Below are positions 1 to 8,610 of a stretch of 64,000 nt of DNA, one piece after another. A program made the translations under genes and the position numbers. The stretch spans positions 2,624,001 through 2,688,000 of the forward strand of contig OY969767.1 of NCBI GenBank assembly GCA_963702895.1, in the 5' to 3' direction. This stretch comes from an uncultured Elusimicrobia bacterium (GTDB lineage Bacteria; Elusimicrobiota; Elusimicrobia; 2-01-FULL-59-12). Under the pieces are notes generated by a model. It saw only the letters and a list, made by a program, of their open reading frames with translations, was not told the DNA's origin and made no database searches. How positions within the stretch are numbered: position 1 is the first letter of the stretch; every line of letters starts with the position of its first letter.

Positions 1-355
1 GAGGATATTTCTCGAGGAATGCTTTAAGCGTGGCGCTGGCCTGGGCCGTCTTGCCGGCGCGAGCTTCTTCAACGGCCATTCGAAACATCTTCACTTCTTC
101 AATCGACACGGGGGCTTGGGTCTCTTTCCCCTTCCAATAGAGCTGCTTCGATACGGGGCCCTGCTTGGAGCCGCGCAGGCCTGCGACGCTAGAACCTGAG
201 GAGCTGGGTTGATTGGCCCGCCGCGCGATGTGGTCGAGCTTCGTCTGCAATTCTTCCAGATAGGCGGCGCCTTGCGGGGCGGGACGAGCGTCTTCCGCGC
301 GGGCGCACGGCACGATCGCCCATAAACCAAGAACAAGAGCAGCGAAAACTTTCAT
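1..355 (-). CDS. Secreted hypothetical protein with TPR-like C-terminal segment (runs off window edge)
   Basis: Not in ORF track. Hand translation from ATG 355: MKVFAALVLGLWAIVPCPRAED...ARAGKTAQASATLKAFLEKYP; signal peptide; GGAGG RBS at 361-365. Confidence 0.7.
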   Translation of the reverse strand, partial: MKVFAALVLGLWAIVPCARAEDARPAPQGAAYLEELQTKLDHIARRANQPSSSGSSVAGLRGSKQGPVSKQLYWKGKETQAPVSIEEVKMFRMAVEEARAGKTAQASATLKAFLEKYP

Positions 356-371
356 AAAAGCCTCCGAGGGT

Positions 372-557
372 TTAGATTCTGTGGATCAGGTAACCAGCAC
401 AGCACACGACAAGGGCCGCACCGAGGATGATAAAGACGGGGACAGAGCCTTTGCTTTTGACTTTCTTCCATGTGAGCATGCCTCGGTAAACCGTCACAGC
501 GCCCCAGAGAATTCCCGCACTTGCGAACATCAGATCTCTCGTTTCACTGGGTCCCAT
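372..557 (-). CDS. Small membrane protein (2 TM)
   Basis: 61 aa, two hydrophobic helices, co-oriented with neighbours. Confidence 0.55.
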   Translation of the reverse strand: MGPSETRDLMFASAGILWGAVTVYRGMLTWKKVKSKGSVPVFIILGAALVVCCAGYLIHRI

Positions 558-637
558 GTTAGGGCGAGTTTAACCTGCGTCCCAGACGACCGCAAGGGAA
601 TTTATCGTCGATGGAGAAATTTTACGACTTGTTGAGT

Positions 638-811
638 CTACTCGGCCGGCCGGTCCCCGCACTCCACATGCTCGAGCGACAAGCACTCATAGGGTTTTTC
701 GATGGCATAACTCACGGAGCTCGAAATTTCACGAAAAATGGAGAGGACGACCGCCTTCACCCGGTCTCCATCTTGAAAGGGCTTTCCACATTTGGCGCAG
801 GACTGCTTCAT
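638..811 (-). CDS. 57-aa putative Zn-binding protein (CxxC...HxxC)
   Basis: Below track cutoff. MKQSCAKCGKPFQDGDRVKAVVLSIFREISSSVSYAIEKPYECLSLEHVECGDRPAE; starts 3 nt after the mtgA stop. Confidence 0.6.
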   Translation of the reverse strand: MKQSCAKCGKPFQDGDRVKAVVLSIFREISSSVSYAIEKPYECLSLEHVECGDRPAE

Positions 812-814
812 GAT

Positions 815-1495
815 TTATGGCGTATTATAACCCTCTTTTTCTAAACGCTCCATCACGCGGCTGCGGCGCTCAGCCAAGAAGGGCTTTTCGCTAAAGGGGC
901 TCCACTTTCTTGGGCTCGGCAGGATAGAAGCCAGCGCGGCCGCTTCCCAGGGCGCGATCTCGGAAGATGACTTCCAGCAGTAATACTGGGAAGCCGCCTC
1001 AACACCGTAAATGCCGGGCCCCCACTCCGCCAGATTCAAATAGAGCTCCAGAATGCGTCTTTTGGGCAAGAGAGCTTCCAGATAAAGCGTCAGCACCGCC
1101 TCCTTAAGCTTCCGAAGGATCGACTTTCTTGGGCGCAAGTAGAGGGTCCGGGCCAGCTGCTGCGTAATCGTACTACCACCATAAACGTATCGTCTTTTGA
1201 GCCAGTTTCTTTCAAATGCTATGCGGATTTGTTCCAGATCAAATCCATGATGTTGGTAGAACCGATCATCTTCCGCAATGACAATCGCGTGGACAAGGGC
1301 TGGCGAGATCTCACGTAAGGGCTTCCACGACAACACAGGCGTAAACTTCCGTCCTCGTTTCCTGGCCTCGGCCCTGCGTAATTCTATTAAGGAAGTCGTG
1401 CGGGGATTTTGGGTCTTGAGGTCAAAAACGCGGTAGGGCCAAAAGAGGTAGAGCAGAAACACGGCAAGAGCAAGTTTCGCGAAACGGCGGATCAC
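815..1495 (-). CDS. mtgA: Monofunctional peptidoglycan transglycosylase (GT51)
   Basis: AEDDRFYQHHGFD, GGSTITQQLAR, RKLKE and LELYLN motifs; probable GTG start at 1495. Confidence 0.9.
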   Translation of the reverse strand: MIRRFAKLALAVFLLYLFWPYRVFDLKTQNPRTTSLIELRRAEARKRGRKFTPVLSWKPLREISPALVHAIVIAEDDRFYQHHGFDLEQIRIAFERNWLKRRYVYGGSTITQQLARTLYLRPRKSILRKLKEAVLTLYLEALLPKRRILELYLNLAEWGPGIYGVEAASQYYCWKSSSEIAPWEAAALASILPSPRKWSPFSEKPFLAERRSRVMERLEKEGYNTP

Positions 1496-1499
1496 AGGT

Positions 1500-2459
1500 T
1501 CATTGTATAAGCGAAGCAGGTGTTTTCGTCCAGGCGCCCTGCAGGAGTTTGCGCGCCTTATGAAGGCGCGACATGACCGTCCCTTCCGGGATACGCATCT
1601 TCCGTGCGATATGTTCATAAGAAAGACCTTTGAGGCAATAGAGTTCGAGGACCTTTCGGTAAGGCTGTGGGATTTGTCCCAACGTTTCTAAGGCCTGTTG
1701 TCCCATCTCTTTGGCAGCCAGCATATTCTCCTCTGGCTCTTGCTGATCAAGAAGCGGAAGGATCTGTTCCGCTTTTGTTTCCAGAAGAGCTTCCAAGGAG
1801 AGGGGCAGCGGCTTTCGGTAGGCGGCCATATATTCATTCATCGCAATTCGGTAGATCCATGTAAAAAAGCCTGCTTCGCCGCGAAATTCCGGCAGACGAT
1901 CGAGGGCCGTTTCCAGTGTGTGGGAGATGACATCCTCCAGATGCGTTTCGTTGCGAATGGCGCTGCCGAGGCTTTCCACCAATCGTTTTCGGTATTTCTG
2001 GATGAGCACATCAAACGCCGAGCGATTCCCCGCGACAGCGGCTTGGATCAATTTATATTCGGCGCTCATCGGTCCATTCCAGGGGCAGGTATTCTCTTCC
2101 AGATGGTAGAGCACGCGGTCTAAGAGCTGTGCCGGGTTGAGAGGTTTGGCGATATAGTCACTGGCCCCGCAGGAAAAGCCGTGCAGCCATTCCTCCGGGC
2201 GACGCCTGACGGTGAGCATGATGATGGGGAGCTCCTCTGCCCCGTAGTCTTTTCGCGCCTGCGCGCAAAAATCATAGCCGCTCATATCGGGCAGATTAAT
2301 GTCGAGAAGAATGGCCCCGGGTTTCCGCTCGCGCAGAAGCGCGAGCCCTTGGGCCCCGGTCTCGACCGTGCTCACCAGGAGCCTGGCCCGTCCCAGGATA
2401 CGCCGGAGGAGCAATTGATAGTCTTCCTCATCTTCCACACACAAGACCGTTCGGTTCAT
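1500..2459 (-). CDS. Response-regulator receiver fused to ECF sigma-70 factor
   Basis: REC: VEDE, LLDINLPDMSG, MLT, AKP; sigma2: AGNRSAFDVLIQKY...FFTWIYRIAMN; sigma4: GLSYEHIARKMRIPEGTVMSRLHKAR. Confidence 0.88.
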   Translation of the reverse strand: MNRTVLCVEDEEDYQLLLRRILGRARLLVSTVETGAQGLALLRERKPGAILLDINLPDMSGYDFCAQARKDYGAEELPIIMLTVRRRPEEWLHGFSCGASDYIAKPLNPAQLLDRVLYHLEENTCPWNGPMSAEYKLIQAAVAGNRSAFDVLIQKYRKRLVESLGSAIRNETHLEDVISHTLETALDRLPEFRGEAGFFTWIYRIAMNEYMAAYRKPLPLSLEALLETKAEQILPLLDQQEPEENMLAAKEMGQQALETLGQIPQPYRKVLELYCLKGLSYEHIARKMRIPEGTVMSRLHKARKLLQGAWTKTPASLIQ

Positions 2460-2460
2460 G

Positions 2461-3927
2461 TCAGACTCTCCTTCGGCTGTCGTCATGAGGAGCGCTTTCA
2501 AGACTCGTGATGGCAGGAAGCGTAAACGAAAAGCAGCTGCCCTCTCCGGGACGGCTGGCCACACGGAGCGTGCCGCGATGCTCTTCGATCAAAAGCCGGC
2601 AGATGGCCAGGCCAAGGCCTGTCCCTTTCGGTCCCTTGACGGCCGCACGGGCCGATTTCACCTGCTCAAACTTGTCAAAAATCTTTTTCTGATCTTCAGG
2701 CGAGATCCCAAGGCCGCTGTCTTTGACCCAAACGCACAGTTGGCCCTCTTTCGGAAGGTGCTCGAGGCCGAGCTCGATCATGCCCCCGTCTGGAGTGAAC
2801 TTGATAGCGTTGGACAGGAGGTTGATGAGGACCTGGCGGACCTTGTTGCTGTCCGCCCAGGCTTTTGGCAGGGCCCCGCGGGGGACGCGAACGCGCGCGA
2901 GGAGAGACCTTTCGTCCAATTTCGGCGCGTAGAACGACAGAACCTCTTGAACAAGCTCATCCAACGCGAAGGCTTGGCAATCCAGGACCATTTTGCCGCG
3001 CTCAAGCGCTGCCACATCCAGCAAGTCGTTCACGAAACGCGTGAGACGCTGAGCATTCGCTTGAAGGCGACCGATATAGAGTGGCCAGGACTCTTGGTTT
3101 GTGCCCTCCCGGACTTCCTCGTCCATCAGGTTCAAGAAGGACTCCATCGCGCTCAAGGGGGAGCGCAGTTCATGCGTGACCGCCGATACAAAGTCTTCTT
3201 TCATCGCGTCGAGCTGCTGAAGATCGTTGGCCATGGACTGAAAGGATCTGGAAAGAAGCCCCAACTCGTCCGCGCGAAGCGTCGCCTGGAGGGGTTCGAT
3301 CTGATAGATCCCCTTGCCCACGTGTCCCGAGGCTTGCGCCAAAGCTTCGATCGGTCTTGTCCAGGAGCGCGCCAGTCCAAACGACACCAGCACGCCGATG
3401 GCCACCGCGCCGAGCGCGATCAACTCGAGGCGCTCTTGGAGCCCGGCCAAGCGTGCGCCCATCAGGGCCTGAAGTTTCTCTTCCGAGAAGCCTGCCGAGA
3501 CGTTGGCGACGCACTGTCCCCCGAGATGGACGGCTTGCGTGAGCACGAGGATGGCGTTGCGCCCGTCATGCTCGCTGGCCGAGGATCTCTCCGAGCTCAG
3601 ACCGCTCCTGGGAGGGAGGACGCTGCCTATTTGATGGGGTTCGGAATGGGCCAGGATTTCACCGCGGGGGCTCACCACGCTCAGACTCGTGATGGCGGGG
3701 TTCCATTTCTGTATCCATCGCGTGTACTTCACCAGCAACAGGTCATCGTTGGTCAAAAATGACTCGCGGGCAATATGCGCGACATTCTGCACCAGCGCGC
3801 GGCGCTCCTTCTCTGCTTCCGCACGAAACGTGCGGCTCTCGGCAAGGTAGAAAGTGCCGCACAGGGCCATGGTGGTGCCGGCCAGAAGGCCGGAGACCGT
3901 CAAGGAGAGTTTAGGGAAAAGCTTCAT
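2461..3927 (-). CDS. HAMP-domain sensor histidine kinase
   Basis: 2 TM, HAMP (RADELGLLSRSFQSM), H-box THELRSPL, NAIKFT, DSGLGI, GTGLGL. Confidence 0.93.
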   Translation of the reverse strand: MKLFPKLSLTVSGLLAGTTMALCGTFYLAESRTFRAEAEKERRALVQNVAHIARESFLTNDDLLLVKYTRWIQKWNPAITSLSVVSPRGEILAHSEPHQIGSVLPPRSGLSSERSSASEHDGRNAILVLTQAVHLGGQCVANVSAGFSEEKLQALMGARLAGLQERLELIALGAVAIGVLVSFGLARSWTRPIEALAQASGHVGKGIYQIEPLQATLRADELGLLSRSFQSMANDLQQLDAMKEDFVSAVTHELRSPLSAMESFLNLMDEEVREGTNQESWPLYIGRLQANAQRLTRFVNDLLDVAALERGKMVLDCQAFALDELVQEVLSFYAPKLDERSLLARVRVPRGALPKAWADSNKVRQVLINLLSNAIKFTPDGGMIELGLEHLPKEGQLCVWVKDSGLGISPEDQKKIFDKFEQVKSARAAVKGPKGTGLGLAICRLLIEEHRGTLRVASRPGEGSCFSFTLPAITSLESAPHDDSRRRV

Positions 3928-5209
3928 CGCGAGGCTCTTCCTCTCTCCGAAGCGCAATTTCCTTTTGGACTTTGCCCAGGGCGAGTTTCGCTTTTTCATG
4001 ACCGGGGTTCATGCGCGCCGTGATGCGCCACTCTCTCATCGCCTCATCAAGTTTCCCGCTCGCGTAGGCGATGAGCCCTGCTTCGTAGTGCAACTGCGCG
4101 GCTTTTGGATCATGAAGCCGACGCCTCTCGGCGGTCGCCATCGCAAGATAGGCGTGAGCCCCTGGATGTGAAGGGTCAAGACGCAAGACGTCCTCAAAGG
4201 CCTCCTGGGCTTGAGCGAAAAGCCGGTGGTCCAGGGCGCCAAGCCCCTCCTGCAGCCTGCTTTCGATCGCTCGCCTTTTCTTTTCCCCGAGCCTGGCCGC
4301 GCGGTCTTTCTCCAGCGCGGCTTCCGTTTGCACCAGGTAGTAGCCCAATTGGGGATAACCGGGTTCTTGAATGGCGATCTTCCTGAATTCTTCCAGTGCG
4401 CTCGGGAAGCGTTTCTGCTGGAAATGATGGACCCCGCTGTCGAAAAGACCCTTCAGGTCCTCCAGGCGCTTGAGCTCATCGCAATGCCGACGCGCAAGGG
4501 TTTCGTAGGCCGGGACGCGCAGCAGCTTCATATGACGTTCGGCTTCAGCAGGGGCATCGCTTTGCGTAATGAGCGTCCGCAGTTTTGTCCACGCGGACAG
4601 TGCCGCGGCATAATCCGCCTGGCCGTAGGCATAGAACCCTTCCACCGCGTAGCGCTCCATGATCGACATCCCCGCGTTGCCATCCAGAGCATGCCGCATC
4701 TGACTTTGTAGCTCGCTCAGCTCCCTTTGGGCTTCTGGAAACGAGCCTTCTTCCGAAAGCACCTTCAGGAGAATGTCGGCAGCCGAAAGGAGTCGCCCCG
4801 CTTGGCGCTCCAGTCGCGCCTCTTCGCAAGCCGAAAGCCACTTCGATTTTTGTGCCCGCTCCGCAGCGCTTGATGTCTCTTGAAAAGCTTGGGCCAAGGG
4901 TTCGAGGTTTTCGTCACGCTGCCGAGCGAAGCTCGTGGCCTCATTTAAGATCTGGAGCCGGTGCTCGCGGAGGAGGCCCTGGCGCTCCGCTTCCATTTGG
5001 CGCGTTGTCAGCGTCACGTAGGCGTGGGCTTCCGCGTTGGAGGGGTCGCTTTGAAGCACCTCGAGAAAATCCGCCATCGCCTCTGACCATCGGCGCGCTT
5101 GAAAGGAGGCAATGCCGCTCTCCAGGCTTGCCGAGCAGTACTGAGAAGAAGCCGGGATGGCCACGATCAAAACCAGGGGGACAATCGATCGAGCGCCTTG
5201 GCGGTTCAT
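3911..5209 (-). CDS. Exported tetratricopeptide-repeat protein
   Basis: Signal peptide; repeated TPR helices (VLQSDPSNAEAHAY, VLRLDPSHPGAHAY, MNPGHEKAKLAL). Confidence 0.8.
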   Translation of the reverse strand: MNRQGARSIVPLVLIVAIPASSQYCSASLESGIASFQARRWSEAMADFLEVLQSDPSNAEAHAYVTLTTRQMEAERQGLLREHRLQILNEATSFARQRDENLEPLAQAFQETSSAAERAQKSKWLSACEEARLERQAGRLLSAADILLKVLSEEGSFPEAQRELSELQSQMRHALDGNAGMSIMERYAVEGFYAYGQADYAAALSAWTKLRTLITQSDAPAEAERHMKLLRVPAYETLARRHCDELKRLEDLKGLFDSGVHHFQQKRFPSALEEFRKIAIQEPGYPQLGYYLVQTEAALEKDRAARLGEKKRRAIESRLQEGLGALDHRLFAQAQEAFEDVLRLDPSHPGAHAYLAMATAERRRLHDPKAAQLHYEAGLIAYASGKLDEAMREWRITARMNPGHEKAKLALGKVQKEIALRREEEPRDEAFP

Positions 5210-6654
5210 CGAATCACCATGAGCTTTCCCGTCTTTCTGTCTACGGAGGAGCTCACCTCCCAGAGGTAAACGCCGGAGGCAACAGGATCGCCGTGAACCG
5301 TTTTCACGTCCCAGACCTCCTGTGCCAAGGACCCTCCCAGGTCGGTGTGGTGAAGTTCACGAACGAGCTCACCCGAGAGGGTGAATATTTTGATGTGACA
5401 CTCCGAAGGAAGGTTGCTGAAGGTGATGCCTCCCGTTTCTGTGCCTGTCTGGGCGGGCCCCGGCCCTGCCTGTGGTCCATGAGGACGCCAGGGCACCGGG
5501 AACGCGTAACTCTCCGAAGCGTTGCCATCGGGGCTGCCCATGAGGGCAAAGACAGAAAAGCGGGTGATGGGGGCAGAGACACTTTGGCTGTCGCCCCGAA
5601 AACGGCTTTCGGGGATTTTGACCCAGAGCTTGTGCTCTTCATCGAGCGCCCAGAGCGAAAGCGTCTGTGGCCGTATGAGGGCGGGTAAAACGCTGGGGCT
5701 CGAGCCCAGGCCGTAGCTCATGATGAGCTCTGCCGTCTGGGAGAGGGGTCCTAAACCGTCTCCTTGCGCGTTGCAGGCTGTGATTTCCTGAATTGAGACA
5801 GGAACGCGGTAGGCCCCGCCGGATCTGGCCGCCTTTTCATTGGCTTCCTGAATCAGCCCGGGGTCGATGCGTAAGGGGTTGTTGATCGGGTCCCTCGCCA
5901 GCAAGATGACGGAAAAATCAGAGAGTGATTGACTGGGGATGTGAAGAAAGGTCACAGCAGAGGCAGGCCACGTGGTTCCGAGAGCGCCCTCGGGCACAAT
6001 GGGGTTCAGAACAACATTGTTGAGGTGGGGGTCGAGCAGCGTTGAGAAGGAAATGTGCACGTCCTGATCGAGCGGCTCGCCGTCTACGCTTCGAATCTGC
6101 GGGGAGAGATGAACATCGTAGAGCGTGTTCCCCATCCAGGCCTGCCCAGGGCTGATCGTGATGGTGCGGGTCTCCGGATCGTGAGAGACCCTGATCGGTG
6201 CCGTGGCGCTCCCGGGAAGGCCAGCATGGTCTCGGAGAAGACTTACTTGGAGTCCTGAAGCAAGAGACGCATCGTCCAGTTGATCTGAAAACACCAGAGT
6301 GACAGGGGCGTCCAGCGCAACGCCCACCTGCCACCCATCCTGGTAAAAGGATTTTTGACCTGGCAAGCCCACGCGCGCCGAAAGCACGGTAAGCGGCATG
6401 CCGCTTCCGAACCCGCCCGCCAGATACCCGGACAAGAGCGTATAAGGTGGCGCGCTTACGAGCGTTGCCGCTGCTGGCTCGCCCCAGGCAAATCTAAGGC
6501 TAAAGTCTCCGCTCGCCATCGCGGAGGAGCCGGTTGCTCCCTGGAGGTCTTTCGTGAGGACCAAGGTCCCGCCCGTCGCGGGGCCGGCATGCGCCAGCCC
6601 GCCCAAGAGCGCCAGCAGGAAAACGCTAAGGAGTTGTCGCCTTAAGCTTTTCAT
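5206..6654 (-). CDS. Secreted Ig-like (Big_5/SbsA) protein with FlgD-Ig/T9SS-type C-terminal domain
   Basis: Signal peptide; VTLVFSDQLD...TITISP...YDV Ig pattern; C-terminus YAFPVPWRP...IKIFTLSGELVREL...WDVKT...VASGVYL. Confidence 0.75.
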   Translation of the reverse strand: MKSLRRQLLSVFLLALLGGLAHAGPATGGTLVLTKDLQGATGSSAMASGDFSLRFAWGEPAAATLVSAPPYTLLSGYLAGGFGSGMPLTVLSARVGLPGQKSFYQDGWQVGVALDAPVTLVFSDQLDDASLASGLQVSLLRDHAGLPGSATAPIRVSHDPETRTITISPGQAWMGNTLYDVHLSPQIRSVDGEPLDQDVHISFSTLLDPHLNNVVLNPIVPEGALGTTWPASAVTFLHIPSQSLSDFSVILLARDPINNPLRIDPGLIQEANEKAARSGGAYRVPVSIQEITACNAQGDGLGPLSQTAELIMSYGLGSSPSVLPALIRPQTLSLWALDEEHKLWVKIPESRFRGDSQSVSAPITRFSVFALMGSPDGNASESYAFPVPWRPHGPQAGPGPAQTGTETGGITFSNLPSECHIKIFTLSGELVRELHHTDLGGSLAQEVWDVKTVHGDPVASGVYLWEVSSSVDRKTGKLMVIR

Positions 6655-7748
6655 GGGTCTCCTTCATCATGCGCAGCGCGTCAGGGTGTGTCGGGTCGAT
6701 TTCCAGGGACTTGTTGAATTCCACAAGGGCCTCCGCGTAACGCCCTCTCCGCAGTTCCCGCATGCCTTGAAGGTAGGCCGTCTGTGCCAAGACCACGGGA
6801 TCAGGAGGCGTGATACCAAAACGGAGGGTCAGTCCTGCCTTGTGGGTTTGCCCAAGGTCCCCCGCGTCGGCAAAGGCATAGTCCACTTGCAGGGTGCGAA
6901 ATTTTATGCCCGCGCCAAGGCGCAAGCCTGTCCCCACGTCCGCGCGAGAGGTGTAACCAGCCCGTAGAATCAGCAAGCGCAAAGAGGAAAGTTTCAAGGC
7001 CTGCCCCCGTGGAGGTTTTTCCTGCCTGGGGTTGTTCGCCGTCAAGGGTGAGCGTGAGTTTTTCGCCCAGCCACACCCCGGTCCAGGAAAGGCCGCCAAC
7101 CAAAGCCCGAGGGAGAGGGAACGACTCCTGGTCAAATTTCAAGGACGAACCCATGTTTTTGAGCGCAAGCCCCAGCGTGAGCCCTTCGAAAGTCTGACTA
7201 TGCCGTCGCCCGGGGCTATAAAGGAGGCCTATGTCGATGGCCAGCGCATGGGCCGAAATGGAATCCAAACGCTCCTCGATCCATTTTGCCGTTCCACCCA
7301 GCGAAAGCTCCGACCCCATCCTTCGGTTGCTGAAGAGGGTCCTCGCGTAACTTAGAGCTAGGGCCGTGTCGCTTGCGCTCACTTCTCCCGTGGCCTCTCC
7401 GACAGCGTCAAAGGCCTCAAAAGAGCCCGTACCCAAATGAGTCAGGGATCCTGCCAGGGTTCCCCACCGGGCGGAGGGGTGGGCATAAGCGACATAGTCC
7501 GATCGCATGTCCAGGGCGAGTTCCGCATGCACAAAGCCAGCTTCTCTGGATTGGAGTCTGGCCAGTCCCGCGGGGTTCCAATAGGTGGCGTAAACGTCAT
7601 CCGCAAGACCCACTTGGGCCTCCCCCATGCCGATGCCCCGGGGACTGGCACCCAGTCTGAGAAATTGGGCGGATGAGGTGCCGGGGTCTGAGGCCAGCGC
7701 CGCCCCAGGCCAAAGGGTCCATAGCAAGAGAAGGAAGCGTTTCATCAA
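6626..7748 (-). pseudogene. PorV/PorQ-family outer-membrane barrel with C-terminal TPR, split by a frameshift near 6992
   Basis: FLRLGASPRGIGMGEA...YWNPAGL in one frame; LRAGY...LRLGAGIKFRTLQVDYAF...GQTHKAGLTLRF plus TPR in another. May be a sequencing error. Confidence 0.75.
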
Positions 7749-7896
7749 GGACCCCTATCCCTTAGAGGAGTTTGGCCAGGAAATATTCATTCCTCCGTCG
7801 ACGAATTGATTTTTAGCGGTGGTCACCCCTTAACGTTACGGTATTGCCGCAAGCTGGGGCATGGGGCGTTAGGGGAAAAATGCTGCCCCTAAAGAC

Positions 7897-8475
7897 CTAT
7901 GGAAAGACTGGGCTGGCCTGGGGTTCCTGCTGGAGGTATGTATGGACGAGAAGCGAGAAGGAGGGAGCGATCTCCGCCATGATGGTGATTTTCGTATACG
8001 CGACGATGTCGGCGTGGTTGATACGAACGATGGGGCACTCGCCATCTGACGTGGTGCGGTTAAAATCAAAGCCAATGGGATCAACCTCGCCAGAGCTCGG
8101 GCGCGCAAATTGAGCGTAGCCGTTCTTGAGAAGAACTTCCGAAAGCACCCGATCATGGATCATGGCCATGCCCATTTCATGATAAAGCGTTCGGCCGGTG
8201 TTGGCGAGGAGGGTGAGGTCTCCTACATCAAAGGCAGGGAAAATATAGCGCGTGACGAGAGACCTATAAGAAGGCGGGAGCTTTCGCTGGAGCGCGTCTT
8301 CCAAGGACTCAATCCAATTGATGCGATCAAAACGCTGAATGGTCCAGTCATAGTAGAGCCCGAACTCCGCGCCACCCCCGCGCAAGGGATGAGGAACATC
8401 TTCTTCCCGAATACGACGACGCGGCGTATTATTGACTTTTCTGACGAAGGCATCGACGACATCATCCACTTCCAT
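7897..8475 (-). CDS. SMI1/KNR4 (SUKH)-like protein
   Basis: IESLEDALQRKLPPSYRSLV and DPIGFDF...ECPIVRINH patterns; GGAGG-type RBS. Confidence 0.55.
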   Translation of the reverse strand: MEVDDVVDAFVRKVNNTPRRRIREEDVPHPLRGGGAEFGLYYDWTIQRFDRINWIESLEDALQRKLPPSYRSLVTRYIFPAFDVGDLTLLANTGRTLYHEMGMAMIHDRVLSEVLLKNGYAQFARPSSGEVDPIGFDFNRTTSDGECPIVRINHADIVAYTKITIMAEIAPSFSLLVHTYLQQEPQASPVFP

Positions 8476-8610
8476 GCCTTATTTCCCCCTCCGCGCATTT
8501 GGCGACTCTGAAATTTTAGGGAAACTTGATGGAATCTTCTATAGAGCGGAAGATTCGAAATAGAAGGCCAAAAGACCCAGCCCTTCTCTAGGACTCGGCG
8601 ACCCTGCTGG

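Noticed and set aside
611..844. 77-aa plus-strand ORF
   Set aside because: The opposite-strand 638-811 ORF fits the operon better and has a metal-binding motif
1500..2459. PhyR anti-anti-sigma
   Set aside because: Domain order is reversed and the sigma4 HTH is intact; no NepR-like gene
2458..3762. 434-aa plus-strand ORF (also 29768-30781, 30962-32317, 61606-63246 and similar)
   Set aside because: Antisense shadows of well-supported genes in GC-rich DNA; no motifs
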